A stretch of DNA of 64,000 nt from an uncultured Candidatus Poseidoniales archaeon. GTDB taxonomy: Archaea > Thermoplasmatota > Poseidoniia > Poseidoniales > Poseidoniaceae. Numbering within the stretch: the stretch's first letter is position 1; every line of letters begins with the position of its first letter. The notes beneath the pieces were generated by a model. The model ran no database searches. It was not told where the DNA came from and was given only the letters and a program-made list of their open reading frames with translations. Below are positions 47,592-57,800 of the stretch, in pieces. The stretch spans positions 22,947 to 86,946 of the forward strand of contig CAXHEV010000003.1 in the NCBI GenBank assembly GCA_964015875.1. The letters are read 5' to 3'. Made by a program: the position numbers and the translations under genes.

Positions 47592-50500
47592 TCAGTAATG
47601 CACCGTCAAACGGCGAGGTTCAAGTGGACCTGCTTTTGCTGCCTTCATTGCAGCGACTTCCATACTTGCGCCTCTGAGTGTGGTGACAAAGGGAATGTTC
47701 AATTCCACTGCTAGCCTTCGCATCATATTACCATCCCGCACTGCTCCACCAGACACTGTTGGAACATTGACAATGAATGAGACCTTCCCCTCACGCATGA
47801 GATCTAAAGCATCTGGATGGTTTTTGTCAGCGATTCTGTACGCAACTGTAGCTGGTACATCATGAGCACGAAGCACATCGCATGTTCCTGGTGTTGCATA
47901 GACGGTGAATCCGAGTTCAACAAGGTCCTTTGCTATAGGAACCAATCGTTGTTTGTCATCGTTTCGGACAGTGAGGTAAGCACCGCCATCGCTGGCTACA
48001 GGCACCTCGGTTGCAATCCTTGCTTTGAGATAGGCAACATCTGCAGAAACATCTGAACCATAGACTTCCCCAGTTGACTTCATTTCAGGCCCTGGAGCGG
48101 GGTCGAGTCCTCGCAGTTTGATGAATGGGAACACTGGTGCTTTGACACAGACTTGCCCCGTAGTTCGTTGGGGAATGGTTTGTTCGGACAGGGGAATGCC
48201 AATTGTGACGTTGGCTGCGATTCGTGCCATTGGTAATCCGGTGGCCTTTGCCACAAACGGGACGGTTCGTGATGATCTTGGGTTGACCTCTAAGGTGTAC
48301 AACTGATCCCCTTGAATGGCAAATTGGATGTTAAAACAGCCTTTAATTTTCAATCCAATGCCAATGGCTTTTGTCTGCTCCTCAATTCGTTTGAGCATGG
48401 CGTCTGGAATGTTCTGAGCAGGTATGAAGCATGTCGAGTCGCCAGAATGAATACCTGCTTCTTCGAGGTGCTCCATGATGGCGCCAATGAGGACTTCCTT
48501 TCCGTCGGCAGCAGCATCGACATCGATTTCTGTCGCATGGCCGAGATATTCATCGACCAGCAAAGGCTTGTCAGGAGCCAAGTATGCCTCACGAAGGTAG
48601 GCATCCAACTGCTGTTGATTGGCCAAAATTTCCATTCCCCTCCCTCCGAGAACGTACGATGGTCGAATCAATACTGGGAAGCCGATTTGCTTCACTGCTG
48701 CCCGAACGTCATCAGAACTTGTCCCCGTTGCTCCTCGTGGCATTTGCAAGTTAATTCGTTTGGCAAAGGCTTCGAATCGTTCACGGTCGCTGGCTTCGTC
48801 GACAGCATCGCATGATGTGCCCATAATCGAGAGGTCGAGTCCCTTTGAGGCGAGAACTGGTAATCGATTGTTCAATGGCAATGCAAGATTAATCGCCGTT
48901 TGACCGCCGAACTGGAGCAGAATTCCATGCGCTTGCTCTCGAAGAAGGACTTCAGAGACATATTCTAACGTCAGTGGTTCGAAGTACAGCCGATCTGAAG
49001 TGTCAAAATCAGTCGAGACGGTTTCTGGATTGTTGTTGATTAAAACTGCATCCTTTCCTGCAGCTCGAATGGCCTTCACAGCGTGGACACACCCATAATC
49101 GAATTCGATGCCTTGCCCGATGCGGATTGGACCACTGCCAACAGTAACCAATCGTTCTTTGGTCCGAGCGTCCATATGTGGAAGCGAGTCGATACCGACT
49201 TCATCATCGATCTCATATGTGGAATAGTAGTATGGTGTCTTCGCAGCGAATTCTGCAGCGCAGGAATCCACCATTCTGTAGCGCGGATGCAGTCCAACGG
49301 CATGCCGACGCTTCATTACAGCCTCTTCATCAAAGCCTGGCTGCAATGATTTGGGACCGGATGCTGGGAAACCAGAAAGTGCATCTGCGATGTGTGCATC
49401 GCTAAAACCAAGGCTCTTCCACGTCTTGAGTTGCTCTCGAGTAAGTTCTCCTGGCGTGGCCTGTGAATCAGTGATTGAACGTTCAGTTTGGGCGATGTGC
49501 TCAAATCTATAGAGGAACCAGCGAGTAATTCGAGTGATTTCATGGACCTTTTCGACCGACCATCCGCGACGGAATGCCTCAATCAGGGCGCCCATTCTCC
49601 GATCCGTTGCCACCCGGCACCATTCGACGAGTGTATTGTCTGGCAATTGAGTCAAGGCACGCTCAGCCATACCATCGCCTTCACTCTCATCAGCGCGGGT
49701 CAGTGGGCGTGGGTGGGCACAGCCTTGTTCAAGAGAAGCCCAAGCCTTGAGGAAGGCCTCTTCGAAGTTGCGTCCAATCGCCATCACTTCTCCGGTCGAC
49801 TTCATCGAAGTGCCAAGGGTTCTGTCGGCTGTTCGGAATTTATCGAAGGGCCAGCGGGGGATTTTGACCACACAGTAATCCAATGTCGGTTCAAAGGCAG
49901 CGGTTGTCCCCTCGCCAGTAATCGGGTTTGGAAGTTCATCCAGAGTATAGCCGACTGCGATTTTAGCCGCCATTCGGGCAATAGGATACCCAGTAGCCTT
50001 GCTTGCTAAAGCCGAGGACCTTGAAACTCGGGGATTGACTTCAATCACGCGGATTTCTCCCGTGAATTGATTGAAAGCAAACTGAACGTTGCAACCACCT
50101 TTGATGTTCAGCTCTCGAATGAGACTCAGGGCCTGGTCACGCAGAACTTGATGATCTGCGTCGGAGAAGGACTGTAGAGGTGCAACAACCGTTGATTCCC
50201 CAGTATGGACACCCATCGGGTCGATGTTTTCCATCGTACAGACAATCGTAGCATTGTCAGCACCGTCGCGCATTACTTCGTACTCAAGTTCCTGCCAACC
50301 GAGAATTGATTCTTCAATAAGCACCTGATTAATTCTGGAGTTACGTAGGCCCAACGTCGCAATTTCGACAAGTTGACCAATATCCCAAGCAGTCCCGCCG
50401 CCAAGACCGCCGAGTGTGAACGCAGGGCGGATCAAGATCGGCCAACTGCCGATTTCTTCGGCAGCAGCGATGACCTCCTCCATCGTGTTGCAGGCAATTG

Positions 50501-50936
50501 CTTCTGAGATAGGCAAACCAATGGAGTCGCAAACTTGGTTGAATAATTCGCGGTCCTCAGCCTTGTCGATGGCATCCAAATCAGATCCTATCAATTCGAC
50601 ACCTATTCGTTCAAGTGAGCCATCATGAGCAAGTTCACTTGCAATATTGAGGGCTGTTTGTCCTCCCATTCCTGCAAGGAGTGCACATGGCTTTTCGATC
50701 TCTAAAATCCTTCGAACCGTGTCTGGTATCAAAGGTTCAATGTAGATTTTATCTGCCATTTCCGGATCATTTTGAATGGTTGCGGGGTTTGAATTGACGA
50801 GGATGACCTCGTATCCATCCTCCCTCAGGGCCTGGACTGCTTGACTTCCTGAGAAATCAAATTCTGCAGCTTGTCCAATTTTAATTGGACCACTACCAAG
50901 CACCATGATGGTCTTGAGGTCATCACGGCGCGGCAT
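47592..50936 (-). CDS. carB: Carbamoyl-phosphate synthase large subunit
   Basis: Duplicated ATP-grasp halves (VLGSGPIKIGQAAEFDFSG ... TVGSGPIRIGQGIEFDY). MGS-like C-terminus. The ATG at 50934-50936 (MPRRDDLKT...) overlaps the carA stop by 1 nt (TAATG). The track's extra 27 N-terminal codons are rejected. Confidence 0.9.
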   Translation of the reverse strand: MPRRDDLKTIMVLGSGPIKIGQAAEFDFSGSQAVQALREDGYEVILVNSNPATIQNDPEMADKIYIEPLIPDTVRRILEIEKPCALLAGMGGQTALNIASELAHDGSLERIGVELIGSDLDAIDKAEDRELFNQVCDSIGLPISEAIACNTMEEVIAAAEEIGSWPILIRPAFTLGGLGGGTAWDIGQLVEIATLGLRNSRINQVLIEESILGWQELEYEVMRDGADNATIVCTMENIDPMGVHTGESTVVAPLQSFSDADHQVLRDQALSLIRELNIKGGCNVQFAFNQFTGEIRVIEVNPRVSRSSALASKATGYPIARMAAKIAVGYTLDELPNPITGEGTTAAFEPTLDYCVVKIPRWPFDKFRTADRTLGTSMKSTGEVMAIGRNFEEAFLKAWASLEQGCAHPRPLTRADESEGDGMAERALTQLPDNTLVEWCRVATDRRMGALIEAFRRGWSVEKVHEITRITRWFLYRFEHIAQTERSITDSQATPGELTREQLKTWKSLGFSDAHIADALSGFPASGPKSLQPGFDEEAVMKRRHAVGLHPRYRMVDSCAAEFAAKTPYYYSTYEIDDEVGIDSLPHMDARTKERLVTVGSGPIRIGQGIEFDYGCVHAVKAIRAAGKDAVLINNNPETVSTDFDTSDRLYFEPLTLEYVSEVLLREQAHGILLQFGGQTAINLALPLNNRLPVLASKGLDLSIMGTSCDAVDEASDRERFEAFAKRINLQMPRGATGTSSDDVRAAVKQIGFPVLIRPSYVLGGRGMEILANQQQLDAYLREAYLAPDKPLLVDEYLGHATEIDVDAAADGKEVLIGAIMEHLEEAGIHSGDSTCFIPAQNIPDAMLKRIEEQTKAIGIGLKIKGCFNIQFAIQGDQLYTLEVNPRSSRTVPFVAKATGLPMARIAANVTIGIPLSEQTIPQRTTGQVCVKAPVFPFIKLRGLDPAPGPEMKSTGEVYGSDVSADVAYLKARIATEVPVASDGGAYLTVRNDDKQRLVPIAKDLVELGFTVYATPGTCDVLRAHDVPATVAYRIADKNHPDALDLMREGKVSFIVNVPTVSGGAVRDGNMMRRLAVELNIPFVTTLRGASMEVAAMKAAKAGPLEPRRLTVHY

Positions 50937-52309
50937 TAGTCTGAACCCCCAAGGTGTTCGTCGACAATTGAGCGGAACCTGCCAAACAATGGTGCAGCAT
51001 CGTGCGGACCTGGGCACGCCTCTGGATGAAATTGTACTGTGAACGAAGGATGTCCGACAAGGTCCAAACCTTCGACTGTTCGATCATTGGCATTGACGTA
51101 TCGAACCTTTACCTCAGCACCGTGCATGTTTTTCCCGGGCGCAGAGCAGGCACCAGAAGGGTGTGCAGCAAGCATACCCGCATCAGGATCTGCAACGGCA
51201 AAACCATGATTTTGACTTGTGATTGAGACTGAACCGGTCACAAGATCGACAACTGGTTGGTTCGCACCACGATGCCCATATCGCATCTTGTAGGTTTGAA
51301 GACCAGAGGCAAGGCCCATGAGTTGGTGTCCAAGGCAAATACCCATAACTGGCATACGGTGTTGTACGGCCTTTGCTAGCGTCGCCCTTGCCAGTGTAGC
51401 CTTTCCTGGATGAGCGGGGTCGCCAGGTCCATTGGAACAGAACAGGGCATCAATTTGATACTCTTCTTGAAGGACTGAAAAAGGAGTTTCAGGAGGACAC
51501 CACACGACTTCGAAATGTTCACACAGGTTGCGTAGAATGTTGTACTTGATACCACAATCAAGAGCCCCAAGTCGCGGCAGCGGCCGGTCAAGGTCATCTA
51601 AAGCACCTGGGTTGAGGACGACTGCTGAGTCGATTGATACCTCATCAACGAGATCTTCAAGCTCGGGTGATGTGAGTGATGCGAGTTTCGTTTTCAGCAG
51701 GTCTTCATCCTCGACTGGTCCGAAGACGCAGAGCACTGTTCCAAGTTCACGAACCCTGCGTGTGATAGCACGAGTATCGATATTTTCTATGCCGGGAACG
51801 CCATGAGAACGGAGAAGTTCATCGACAGTGCCGACTGAAAAGCGGTGATCTGGTTGAGTCATTGCATGACGAACAACAACACCACGAGGCCATACTGATT
51901 TCGATTCAGAAGCACCGCTGTGAACCCCGTAATTTCCAATCAGTGGATAGGTAAACGTGAGCACTTGACCTGCAAATGAGGGATCTGTCAACGATTCTTG
52001 ATAGCCCATCATGCCAGTGGTGAACACCAACTCGCCCTCGCCATGACCGATTGCACCAAACAGAGTTCCTGTATATCGGCCACCATCGGCGGTGAGAAGC
52101 ACACCATCTCCAGTGGCTCCTTCTGGCAATGGCTGACCACCAGTCAAGTGATCTGCTGCGTCAAGAAAGGCAGGTGCCCGAGAAACACCACGACGATTTT
52201 GGCCGGGACTGAATGAGCCAGAACCAAAATCGACTTCCGACATCAGTTTTGGTCGAAAACGGACACCCATAATGATTGGGTTTGAAACTTCATGACCAGA
52301 CGCCGCCAA
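50936..52309 (-). CDS. carA: Carbamoyl-phosphate synthase small (glutamine amidotransferase) subunit
   Basis: Class I GATase triad context (GICLGHQLMGLASG ... H..E). N-terminal CPSase small-chain domain. Confidence 0.9.
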   Translation of the reverse strand: MAASGHEVSNPIIMGVRFRPKLMSEVDFGSGSFSPGQNRRGVSRAPAFLDAADHLTGGQPLPEGATGDGVLLTADGGRYTGTLFGAIGHGEGELVFTTGMMGYQESLTDPSFAGQVLTFTYPLIGNYGVHSGASESKSVWPRGVVVRHAMTQPDHRFSVGTVDELLRSHGVPGIENIDTRAITRRVRELGTVLCVFGPVEDEDLLKTKLASLTSPELEDLVDEVSIDSAVVLNPGALDDLDRPLPRLGALDCGIKYNILRNLCEHFEVVWCPPETPFSVLQEEYQIDALFCSNGPGDPAHPGKATLARATLAKAVQHRMPVMGICLGHQLMGLASGLQTYKMRYGHRGANQPVVDLVTGSVSITSQNHGFAVADPDAGMLAAHPSGACSAPGKNMHGAEVKVRYVNANDRTVEGLDLVGHPSFTVQFHPEACPGPHDAAPLFGRFRSIVDEHLGGSD

Positions 52310-52363
52310 AACCCGCCTTGAATTGGTTTAAAAACGAACGACTCAAGTCAAGTGAGGTGCTGC

Positions 52364-52975
52364 TTACTCTTCTTCACGATCCAAATCCAACACACGCTTG
52401 CCACTGGCCGTCGGCTGGATGATTAAACGAGCGTCGTCGAACGACCTTTCACTGCCAGATTCTCCATGCCATGCGTCTAAAAAAAGCGCCAACGCTGCAA
52501 CTTCAGAATGGGGCTGATTGCCTACCGACAGATTGTACTGACTGTACTTGTAGACGTCACCGGGAACTTTTGCACCACCGACGATGACCACCATGGGACG
52601 ATCTCTGCGAATACGAGGGATCGCTTGTCGAAATGGTTCACCATACATGGTGAGATGGACAGCTACACCCGGTTCGCCATCACCCGCATCCTCCTCAACA
52701 AAGCGTCGCAGCCAACCCATTGGACCATGAACGTGTTCGCATGACATACCTTTACCAAACCTGTCCGCAACAGATTCCAGATTTTCGAACATCTTTGAAT
52801 CTTCATCACCTGCAAGTAAAAACCGGTCTGCACCCAAAGCCCGACTCACGAGCGCCAGATGTGTCGTAATGCGGGGGTCACGGCCCAGACGGTAACCGAG
52901 TCGCAACACATCGAGTCGTTCGCCTGGCATGAGTACGCCCACCAATTCCTCGTTCATCAAAGCGACCGTCGTCAC
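52364..52975 (-). CDS. tRNA (cytidine56-2'-O)-methyltransferase aTrm56-like (SPOUT)
   Basis: LRLGYRLGRDPRITTHLALVSRALGADRF resembles the aTrm56 N-terminal signature ([26 protein letters not shown], from memory). ~200 aa. Confidence 0.55.
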   Translation of the reverse strand: MTTVALMNEELVGVLMPGERLDVLRLGYRLGRDPRITTHLALVSRALGADRFLLAGDEDSKMFENLESVADRFGKGMSCEHVHGPMGWLRRFVEEDAGDGEPGVAVHLTMYGEPFRQAIPRIRRDRPMVVIVGGAKVPGDVYKYSQYNLSVGNQPHSEVAALALFLDAWHGESGSERSFDDARLIIQPTASGKRVLDLDREEE

Positions 52976-53613
52976 TCAACAACGTCGCCATCTACAATCG
53001 TGCCTTGTTCGGAGGCATCTTTGCTCGTAATGATCAGACCTCGAGTCTCCAAGAAGGTCTTGACCCAATACAAATGCCATGCATCGACGAGGAATCTAGC
53101 ACAAAAAGTGACACCAAAGAACAATCCAAGCAGTCGGCTGGACCGCCAAAGCCCAACTTGTGCATTGATTTCATCACCGGTAATGCCATAGAACAGCGGT
53201 TCGATGATGAAGAACCCACAAACAATGAGCATGGCCCCAGACACAAGGGAGTTCACAAGTTGTCCTTTTTCCTTGGCTATCGATGTTAATCCTGATGAAA
53301 TAAGACCAAATAAACCAACTGTGATGGCAACGTTGAGGTAGTTGAGATTGAACAAGAAGGACGTTGCAAGTTCCACATCATCACCACCTTCTGTGATGAG
53401 CACCCACCAACAAAGGACAATCAACATAATCAGAATGCCCCCATTGTAGGCCTTCTTGTTGATCAGTTCGAAAATTTCCTCACTGTTTGTCACTGTGAAA
53501 CGGGACATCAGTCGCTCAGCGAGCCTCAAGCCTTGTTCATCACCAACGCCGGCGACATACTCATCGTGCTCAGGCATGGATGGACTTGATTCACCAACGC
53601 CCCCCTGCGACAT
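52972..53613 (-). CDS. Hypothetical integral membrane protein (4 TM)
   Basis: Four hydrophobic helices. 4-nt overlap with the Trm56-like gene. Confidence 0.5.
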   Translation of the reverse strand: MSQGGVGESSPSMPEHDEYVAGVGDEQGLRLAERLMSRFTVTNSEEIFELINKKAYNGGILIMLIVLCWWVLITEGGDDVELATSFLFNLNYLNVAITVGLFGLISSGLTSIAKEKGQLVNSLVSGAMLIVCGFFIIEPLFYGITGDEINAQVGLWRSSRLLGLFFGVTFCARFLVDAWHLYWVKTFLETRGLIITSKDASEQGTIVDGDVVE

Positions 53614-53708
53614 AGGTCGACTTCAAAGTCACAACTTATCAATTCTGCCACCATCGGCACTCCATGGAGGCAACCTTCGGACCCACTCAGAAACGCCGTG
53701 AGCAGATA

Positions 53709-54530
53709 ATGGCGGGAATATCCAGAAGGGAGGGTTCTGGCTATCACGTCATGGGTGTCCTTAATATTACACCTGATTCATTTCATGAGGCAAGTCGAAT
53801 CAACAGCACTGAGCAAGCAATCACAACTGGGTTGGAAATGTGGAGCAATGGTGCCACATGGATAGATGTCGGCGGTGAATCAACACGTCCAGGTGCAGAT
53901 CCAGTCGACCCTGAAGAAGAGATGAGGCGAGTCCTACCAGTGATTCAAGGGTTGAGAAAAGCGAACAGTGATGGTCTAATTTCGATTGATACTCGAAGGC
54001 CAAGTGTGGCAAGAGCGGCCATCGAAGCTGGGGCCGACCTTGTCAATGATGTGTCTGGTCTACGAGAACCAGCGATGGTTGACCTTGTTCTTGAAGCGCA
54101 GTGTGGTGTGTGCATCATGCACATGCAAGGCACCCCGGGAACCATGCAAGAAAAGCCAAACTATTCCAACTGTACACAGGAAGTAAGTGAACAATTACTT
54201 GAAACCGCAAGAGCTCTCAAATCAGCAGGTCTCCCCCCTGAGTTGATTGCGCTTGACCCTGGCATTGGTTTTGGAAAAACCCTCGAAGATAATATCGAAT
54301 TATTGCAAAACCATCACGCCATGCGGGGCTTGGAAGGATTTGCTCTATTGTGGGGTGTTTCGAGAAAATCAATGATCGGCCAATTGACTGGACGGAAGGA
54401 ACCAAACGATCGGTTAGCAGGGACACTCGCCGTGGCTGCTTTGGCCCATTACGAAGGTATTGATCTTCTACGAGTTCACGATGTTGCAGAGCATATTGAT
54501 GTGCTCAATGTGCTTGATGCCCTCGCTTAA
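53709..54530 (+). CDS. folP: Dihydropteroate synthase
   Basis: Pterin-binding signature VMGVLNITPDSFHEASR ... DVGGESTRPGA ... GADLVNDVSG. The ATG at 53709 gives the canonical N-terminus. Confidence 0.85.
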   Translation: MAGISRREGSGYHVMGVLNITPDSFHEASRINSTEQAITTGLEMWSNGATWIDVGGESTRPGADPVDPEEEMRRVLPVIQGLRKANSDGLISIDTRRPSVARAAIEAGADLVNDVSGLREPAMVDLVLEAQCGVCIMHMQGTPGTMQEKPNYSNCTQEVSEQLLETARALKSAGLPPELIALDPGIGFGKTLEDNIELLQNHHAMRGLEGFALLWGVSRKSMIGQLTGRKEPNDRLAGTLAVAALAHYEGIDLLRVHDVAEHIDVLNVLDALA

Positions 54531-55696
54531 TTACCCAATCCACCCAACAAGCCTGCAGCAGCTACCCAAGCACCGGCCATGCTTCCGAGGTTGGTCAATG
54601 CGGTAACCATGAGGACACGCCCTGCCCGGTTCGACCAAAACATCCCCAAACTATCCATTTTGAGAAAATTTTGCAAATCTTCAGCCGTTGGTTCTCGAAG
54701 TTTCAATTGCACATAGCCAGCAAACCAACCCGCAGCCAAAGTAGGATTCAACGAAGTGATTGGAGAGGCCAATGCAGCTGTTAAGATTGCGAGTGGATGG
54801 CCCCGGGCAAGAATACAACCCAGGGCTGCAAACACAGCATTTGCTGCTGTCCAAACCGTAAACAATTCAACGAGGTCGACAGCGTCGCCTTGGGACACAA
54901 AATAGGCAACCAAGCCCATGACGAATAGGGGAATTAACCAAGGGATAGATTTGGCAAACCTGCCTCGCTTTGGCAGCACCTCCAATTCATCAAGTTGTGC
55001 GGAATTAGGTTGAGTCGATTGGTTCAGATGCGCTTCAATTCCCTTGAGGTGGCCGGCACCTACAACTGCAAGAATACGTTTGTCACTGTTCTGTTCTAAC
55101 GCCGATATTTTTCCTGCGAGATAGGCATCGCGCTCATCGATGAGCACCGACCCTGCGCCCGGTGAAAAAGTCCTCAACTCTTCCATGAGTGAACTCAACA
55201 GATCTTGGTCTTCGAGTAATTGAGAAACTTCCGGAGTCTCTTCGTCGTCTTCATCCCCTAAAAGCGACCAGATGATTTTGACTTTTTCAAAGAATTTCAT
55301 CCGCTTCCAAGCCCTTCGAAGCGTAGTTTGGATGTCCCGATCGATCAACGCTACCTCTAGGTTTGCTTCTTCAGCAGTTTGAACCGCTGCGAGCAACTCA
55401 GCGCCTGGTTGTTCACCTTCATCTAGACCCATCTTTCTTTGTTCTGCCGCCAGAAGGGATTGAAGCATGACCAAAGGGGCTTTGCCTTCTTTCACCACCT
55501 TAAGCAGTCCTTCTTTGTCAAGACGACGATTGGAAGTCAAAGCGCTGTGGCGACTGGCGCACAATTCAACAGCGACTATATCTGGTTGAAATGCCTCAAT
55601 CTGTTCCTTTACCGCAGCGACACTCGTACTGGATACGTGTGCCGTACCAAGCACTCGAACCCGCTCTGAGCGGACAAACATCGGTGAATCAGTCAT
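54527..55696 (-). CDS. TraB/PrgY/GumN-family protein
   Basis: N-terminal VRVLGTAHVSSTSVAAVKEQIEAFQPDIVAVELC matches the TraB family signature (GTAHVS ... VELC). C-terminal membrane-associated region. Confidence 0.75.
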   Translation of the reverse strand: MTDSPMFVRSERVRVLGTAHVSSTSVAAVKEQIEAFQPDIVAVELCASRHSALTSNRRLDKEGLLKVVKEGKAPLVMLQSLLAAEQRKMGLDEGEQPGAELLAAVQTAEEANLEVALIDRDIQTTLRRAWKRMKFFEKVKIIWSLLGDEDDEETPEVSQLLEDQDLLSSLMEELRTFSPGAGSVLIDERDAYLAGKISALEQNSDKRILAVVGAGHLKGIEAHLNQSTQPNSAQLDELEVLPKRGRFAKSIPWLIPLFVMGLVAYFVSQGDAVDLVELFTVWTAANAVFAALGCILARGHPLAILTAALASPITSLNPTLAAGWFAGYVQLKLREPTAEDLQNFLKMDSLGMFWSNRAGRVLMVTALTNLGSMAGAWVAAAGLLGGLGN

Positions 55697-57095
55697 TTGG
55701 GGTGACCTCCTTAGAAAACAGCGATTCCAATTCTTTCGTCATCGCAATGAGGGCAGCCTGGTTTGCCTCGTCCGGATGGCCTGGCACATCACTCAGCAGT
55801 GATTCAAACAGGATTTGGCCACCTGCTAGTGCCTTGTGGCCACCTGCTTGACCTTGTTTCCAATGCTCTGAAAGCAACTTTCCCAAGTGAAGATCGGGAT
55901 TGGTTGTGCGAGCTGATAAGATCACCTTATTCCTACGAACTCCGTAGACGACCACAGATTCGACACCTTCGGTAGGAAGGAGGAAATCAGCGATTTGTGC
56001 CAAAGCATCACGGTTCGGTAGTGCTGAAAGTGGTGCAAGCATCGTGGTCCCGTACTGTCTTCGTTCTTTCAGGGCTTCAGCAAAGGCTTCTAATGTTTCA
56101 ATCGAGCGCGGAGGTTCCTCTATAGAACGCATTACATCTGAATCAACCCATGCATTCAACCAGGAAAGTGCCCGAATGTCAACCGGATTGAAATTCCTAG
56201 TAAATCCAAGGGTGTCAGTTCGAATACCAAACGCCAAGGCAGTCGCCACACGGGGAGTCATTTCAAACTCAAGCTGCATGAGAAGGCTGGCCACAAGTGA
56301 GGAGGTTGCGGAAAACTCGGGATGAACCATAGAGAGATCGGCAGCCACACCTTCCGATGCGTGATGATCGATCACAATGTGAGGTACGCAATCATCTGGA
56401 AGAATATTATTTGCGCCAGGTCGATGGAAGTCAACGGTCATCACCACAGCAGCATCTCGAAGGACATCAGCCACCTCCCACTCAAGGATTAAACGTCGGC
56501 ACGGCACTTCCAAGACATTGACCATGGCTCGGTTTTGTTGGTGTTCAATCAATCCGCCATGATAGAGGTGAGGCATGAGCCCCATCGAATGACAGAGTTC
56601 GTACATGGCCAGCCCAGCACCAAGTGCATCTGGGTCGGGGTTGTCGTGACAGAAAATGGCAATATTAGCGCCTTCAGGAACTGAAGACAGGTAGTGATGT
56701 AACACCGCAGCACCGTCTTTTCGTTCCCACGAACGTATACGGTCTTGCATAGCGGAATACGAAACATCATCGACGCTGATGAGGTCGACGCCATCACCTT
56801 CCAGTGGCAGTGTTGTCAAAATTGGAACGTCCCTCCAGTGATTTCGAATGGATTCGATTGGCTCTTTGCCTTCCAAAGCATTCGGGTCAATGAGTAAAAT
56901 CGCGGTCGGCTTGTGATCTTCAAGCGGCAACGAGGAAAGCGGCATAGCTGCTGGGAGGGCTATAATTTCACATCCATCTATCGGCTCAGTGTCCGGAAGT
57001 GTCGAAGCGAGGCCAACAAGTACGCAGCGTTGGCGTTGGGCACACCAACGGCTCAAACGTACCGCCAAAGGAGTTGAGCCGAAGACTAAGAACAT
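55689..57095 (-). CDS. DHH/DHHA1 phosphoesterase (NrnA/RecJ-like) with N-terminal ~150 aa extra domain
   Basis: DHH motifs: IFCHDNPDPDALGAGLAMYE, then VIDHHASEG, then a DHHA1 Gly-rich C-terminus (GGHKALAGG). 8-nt overlap with the TraB gene. Confidence 0.75.
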   Translation of the reverse strand: MFLVFGSTPLAVRLSRWCAQRQRCVLVGLASTLPDTEPIDGCEIIALPAAMPLSSLPLEDHKPTAILLIDPNALEGKEPIESIRNHWRDVPILTTLPLEGDGVDLISVDDVSYSAMQDRIRSWERKDGAAVLHHYLSSVPEGANIAIFCHDNPDPDALGAGLAMYELCHSMGLMPHLYHGGLIEHQQNRAMVNVLEVPCRRLILEWEVADVLRDAAVVMTVDFHRPGANNILPDDCVPHIVIDHHASEGVAADLSMVHPEFSATSSLVASLLMQLEFEMTPRVATALAFGIRTDTLGFTRNFNPVDIRALSWLNAWVDSDVMRSIEEPPRSIETLEAFAEALKERRQYGTTMLAPLSALPNRDALAQIADFLLPTEGVESVVVYGVRRNKVILSARTTNPDLHLGKLLSEHWKQGQAGGHKALAGGQILFESLLSDVPGHPDEANQAALIAMTKELESLFSKEVTPND

Positions 57096-57127
57096 TCAAA
57101 CACCAATCCGATTGATCGACCTACCAT

Positions 57128-57700
57128 TTAGAACTCGATGACGTAATTCTGATGGTAATAGTCAGGGACATCAACAAGATCACGTCGCTGGGATCCTTTG
57201 AGCAAGGCCACGAGGTTTGCAGGAATCATCTGAATGGCTTTATTCCACGTTGTTGCTTCAGAGTTGTAAAACTCTCGACGATCCGCAAGCCTTTCTTCAA
57301 GACGTACTAATTTGTGTGAGAGGTCGAGGAATGCCTTGTCGGCCTTTATTTCAGGATAGGCTTCAGAAAGAGCATTGAAACGAGGCGTCATTTGAGCAAG
57401 AGCGTTTTGCGCTTGGTTGAAGTCAGAGATGTTCTTTGCAATCAAAGCACCCGAGGCCGCTTGGCGAGCGAGGAAGAGCTGTTCAAAGAACTCAATCTCG
57501 TGCTTTGCTAAACCAGAAACAATGTTGTGAAGGCTTGGGAGCATTTCGTATTTCATTTTGACATCGCTTTCATAGTCCTGCCACGCATTTTCTACATTTT
57601 CTTCCAAATTGATGAACCGATTCCATGTGCTCCAAATGTAAAGGAGCCCCACTGCGCTAAGGAGTGCGCCGAAAAACCCAACGAAGAGTACCAGAACCAT
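57128..57700 (-). CDS. LemA-family protein
   Basis: N-terminal TM helix. LemA-like helical body (ALSEAYPEIKADKAFLDLSHKL). Confidence 0.7.
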   Translation of the reverse strand: MVLVLFVGFFGALLSAVGLLYIWSTWNRFINLEENVENAWQDYESDVKMKYEMLPSLHNIVSGLAKHEIEFFEQLFLARQAASGALIAKNISDFNQAQNALAQMTPRFNALSEAYPEIKADKAFLDLSHKLVRLEERLADRREFYNSEATTWNKAIQMIPANLVALLKGSQRRDLVDVPDYYHQNYVIEF

Positions 57701-57800
57701 GCTTCAAGCAGACAGCCCCAACCTATGAATGATGTGGTTGGGCTTTGTATGAGTCAACATCTTGAAGCAAAACGACATGGCATGGTCGTTGTGAGCCTGC

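Noticed and set aside
47592-51017. Extended carB N-terminus (27 extra residues) and other track N-terminal extensions (aRF1 36306, RsuA 27343, M28 32135, PCD 41131, folP 53664, E1-beta 19251)
   Set aside because: The extensions overlap upstream genes and lack conservation. Internal ATGs coincide with canonical protein N-termini and, in several cases, with SD-like sequences.
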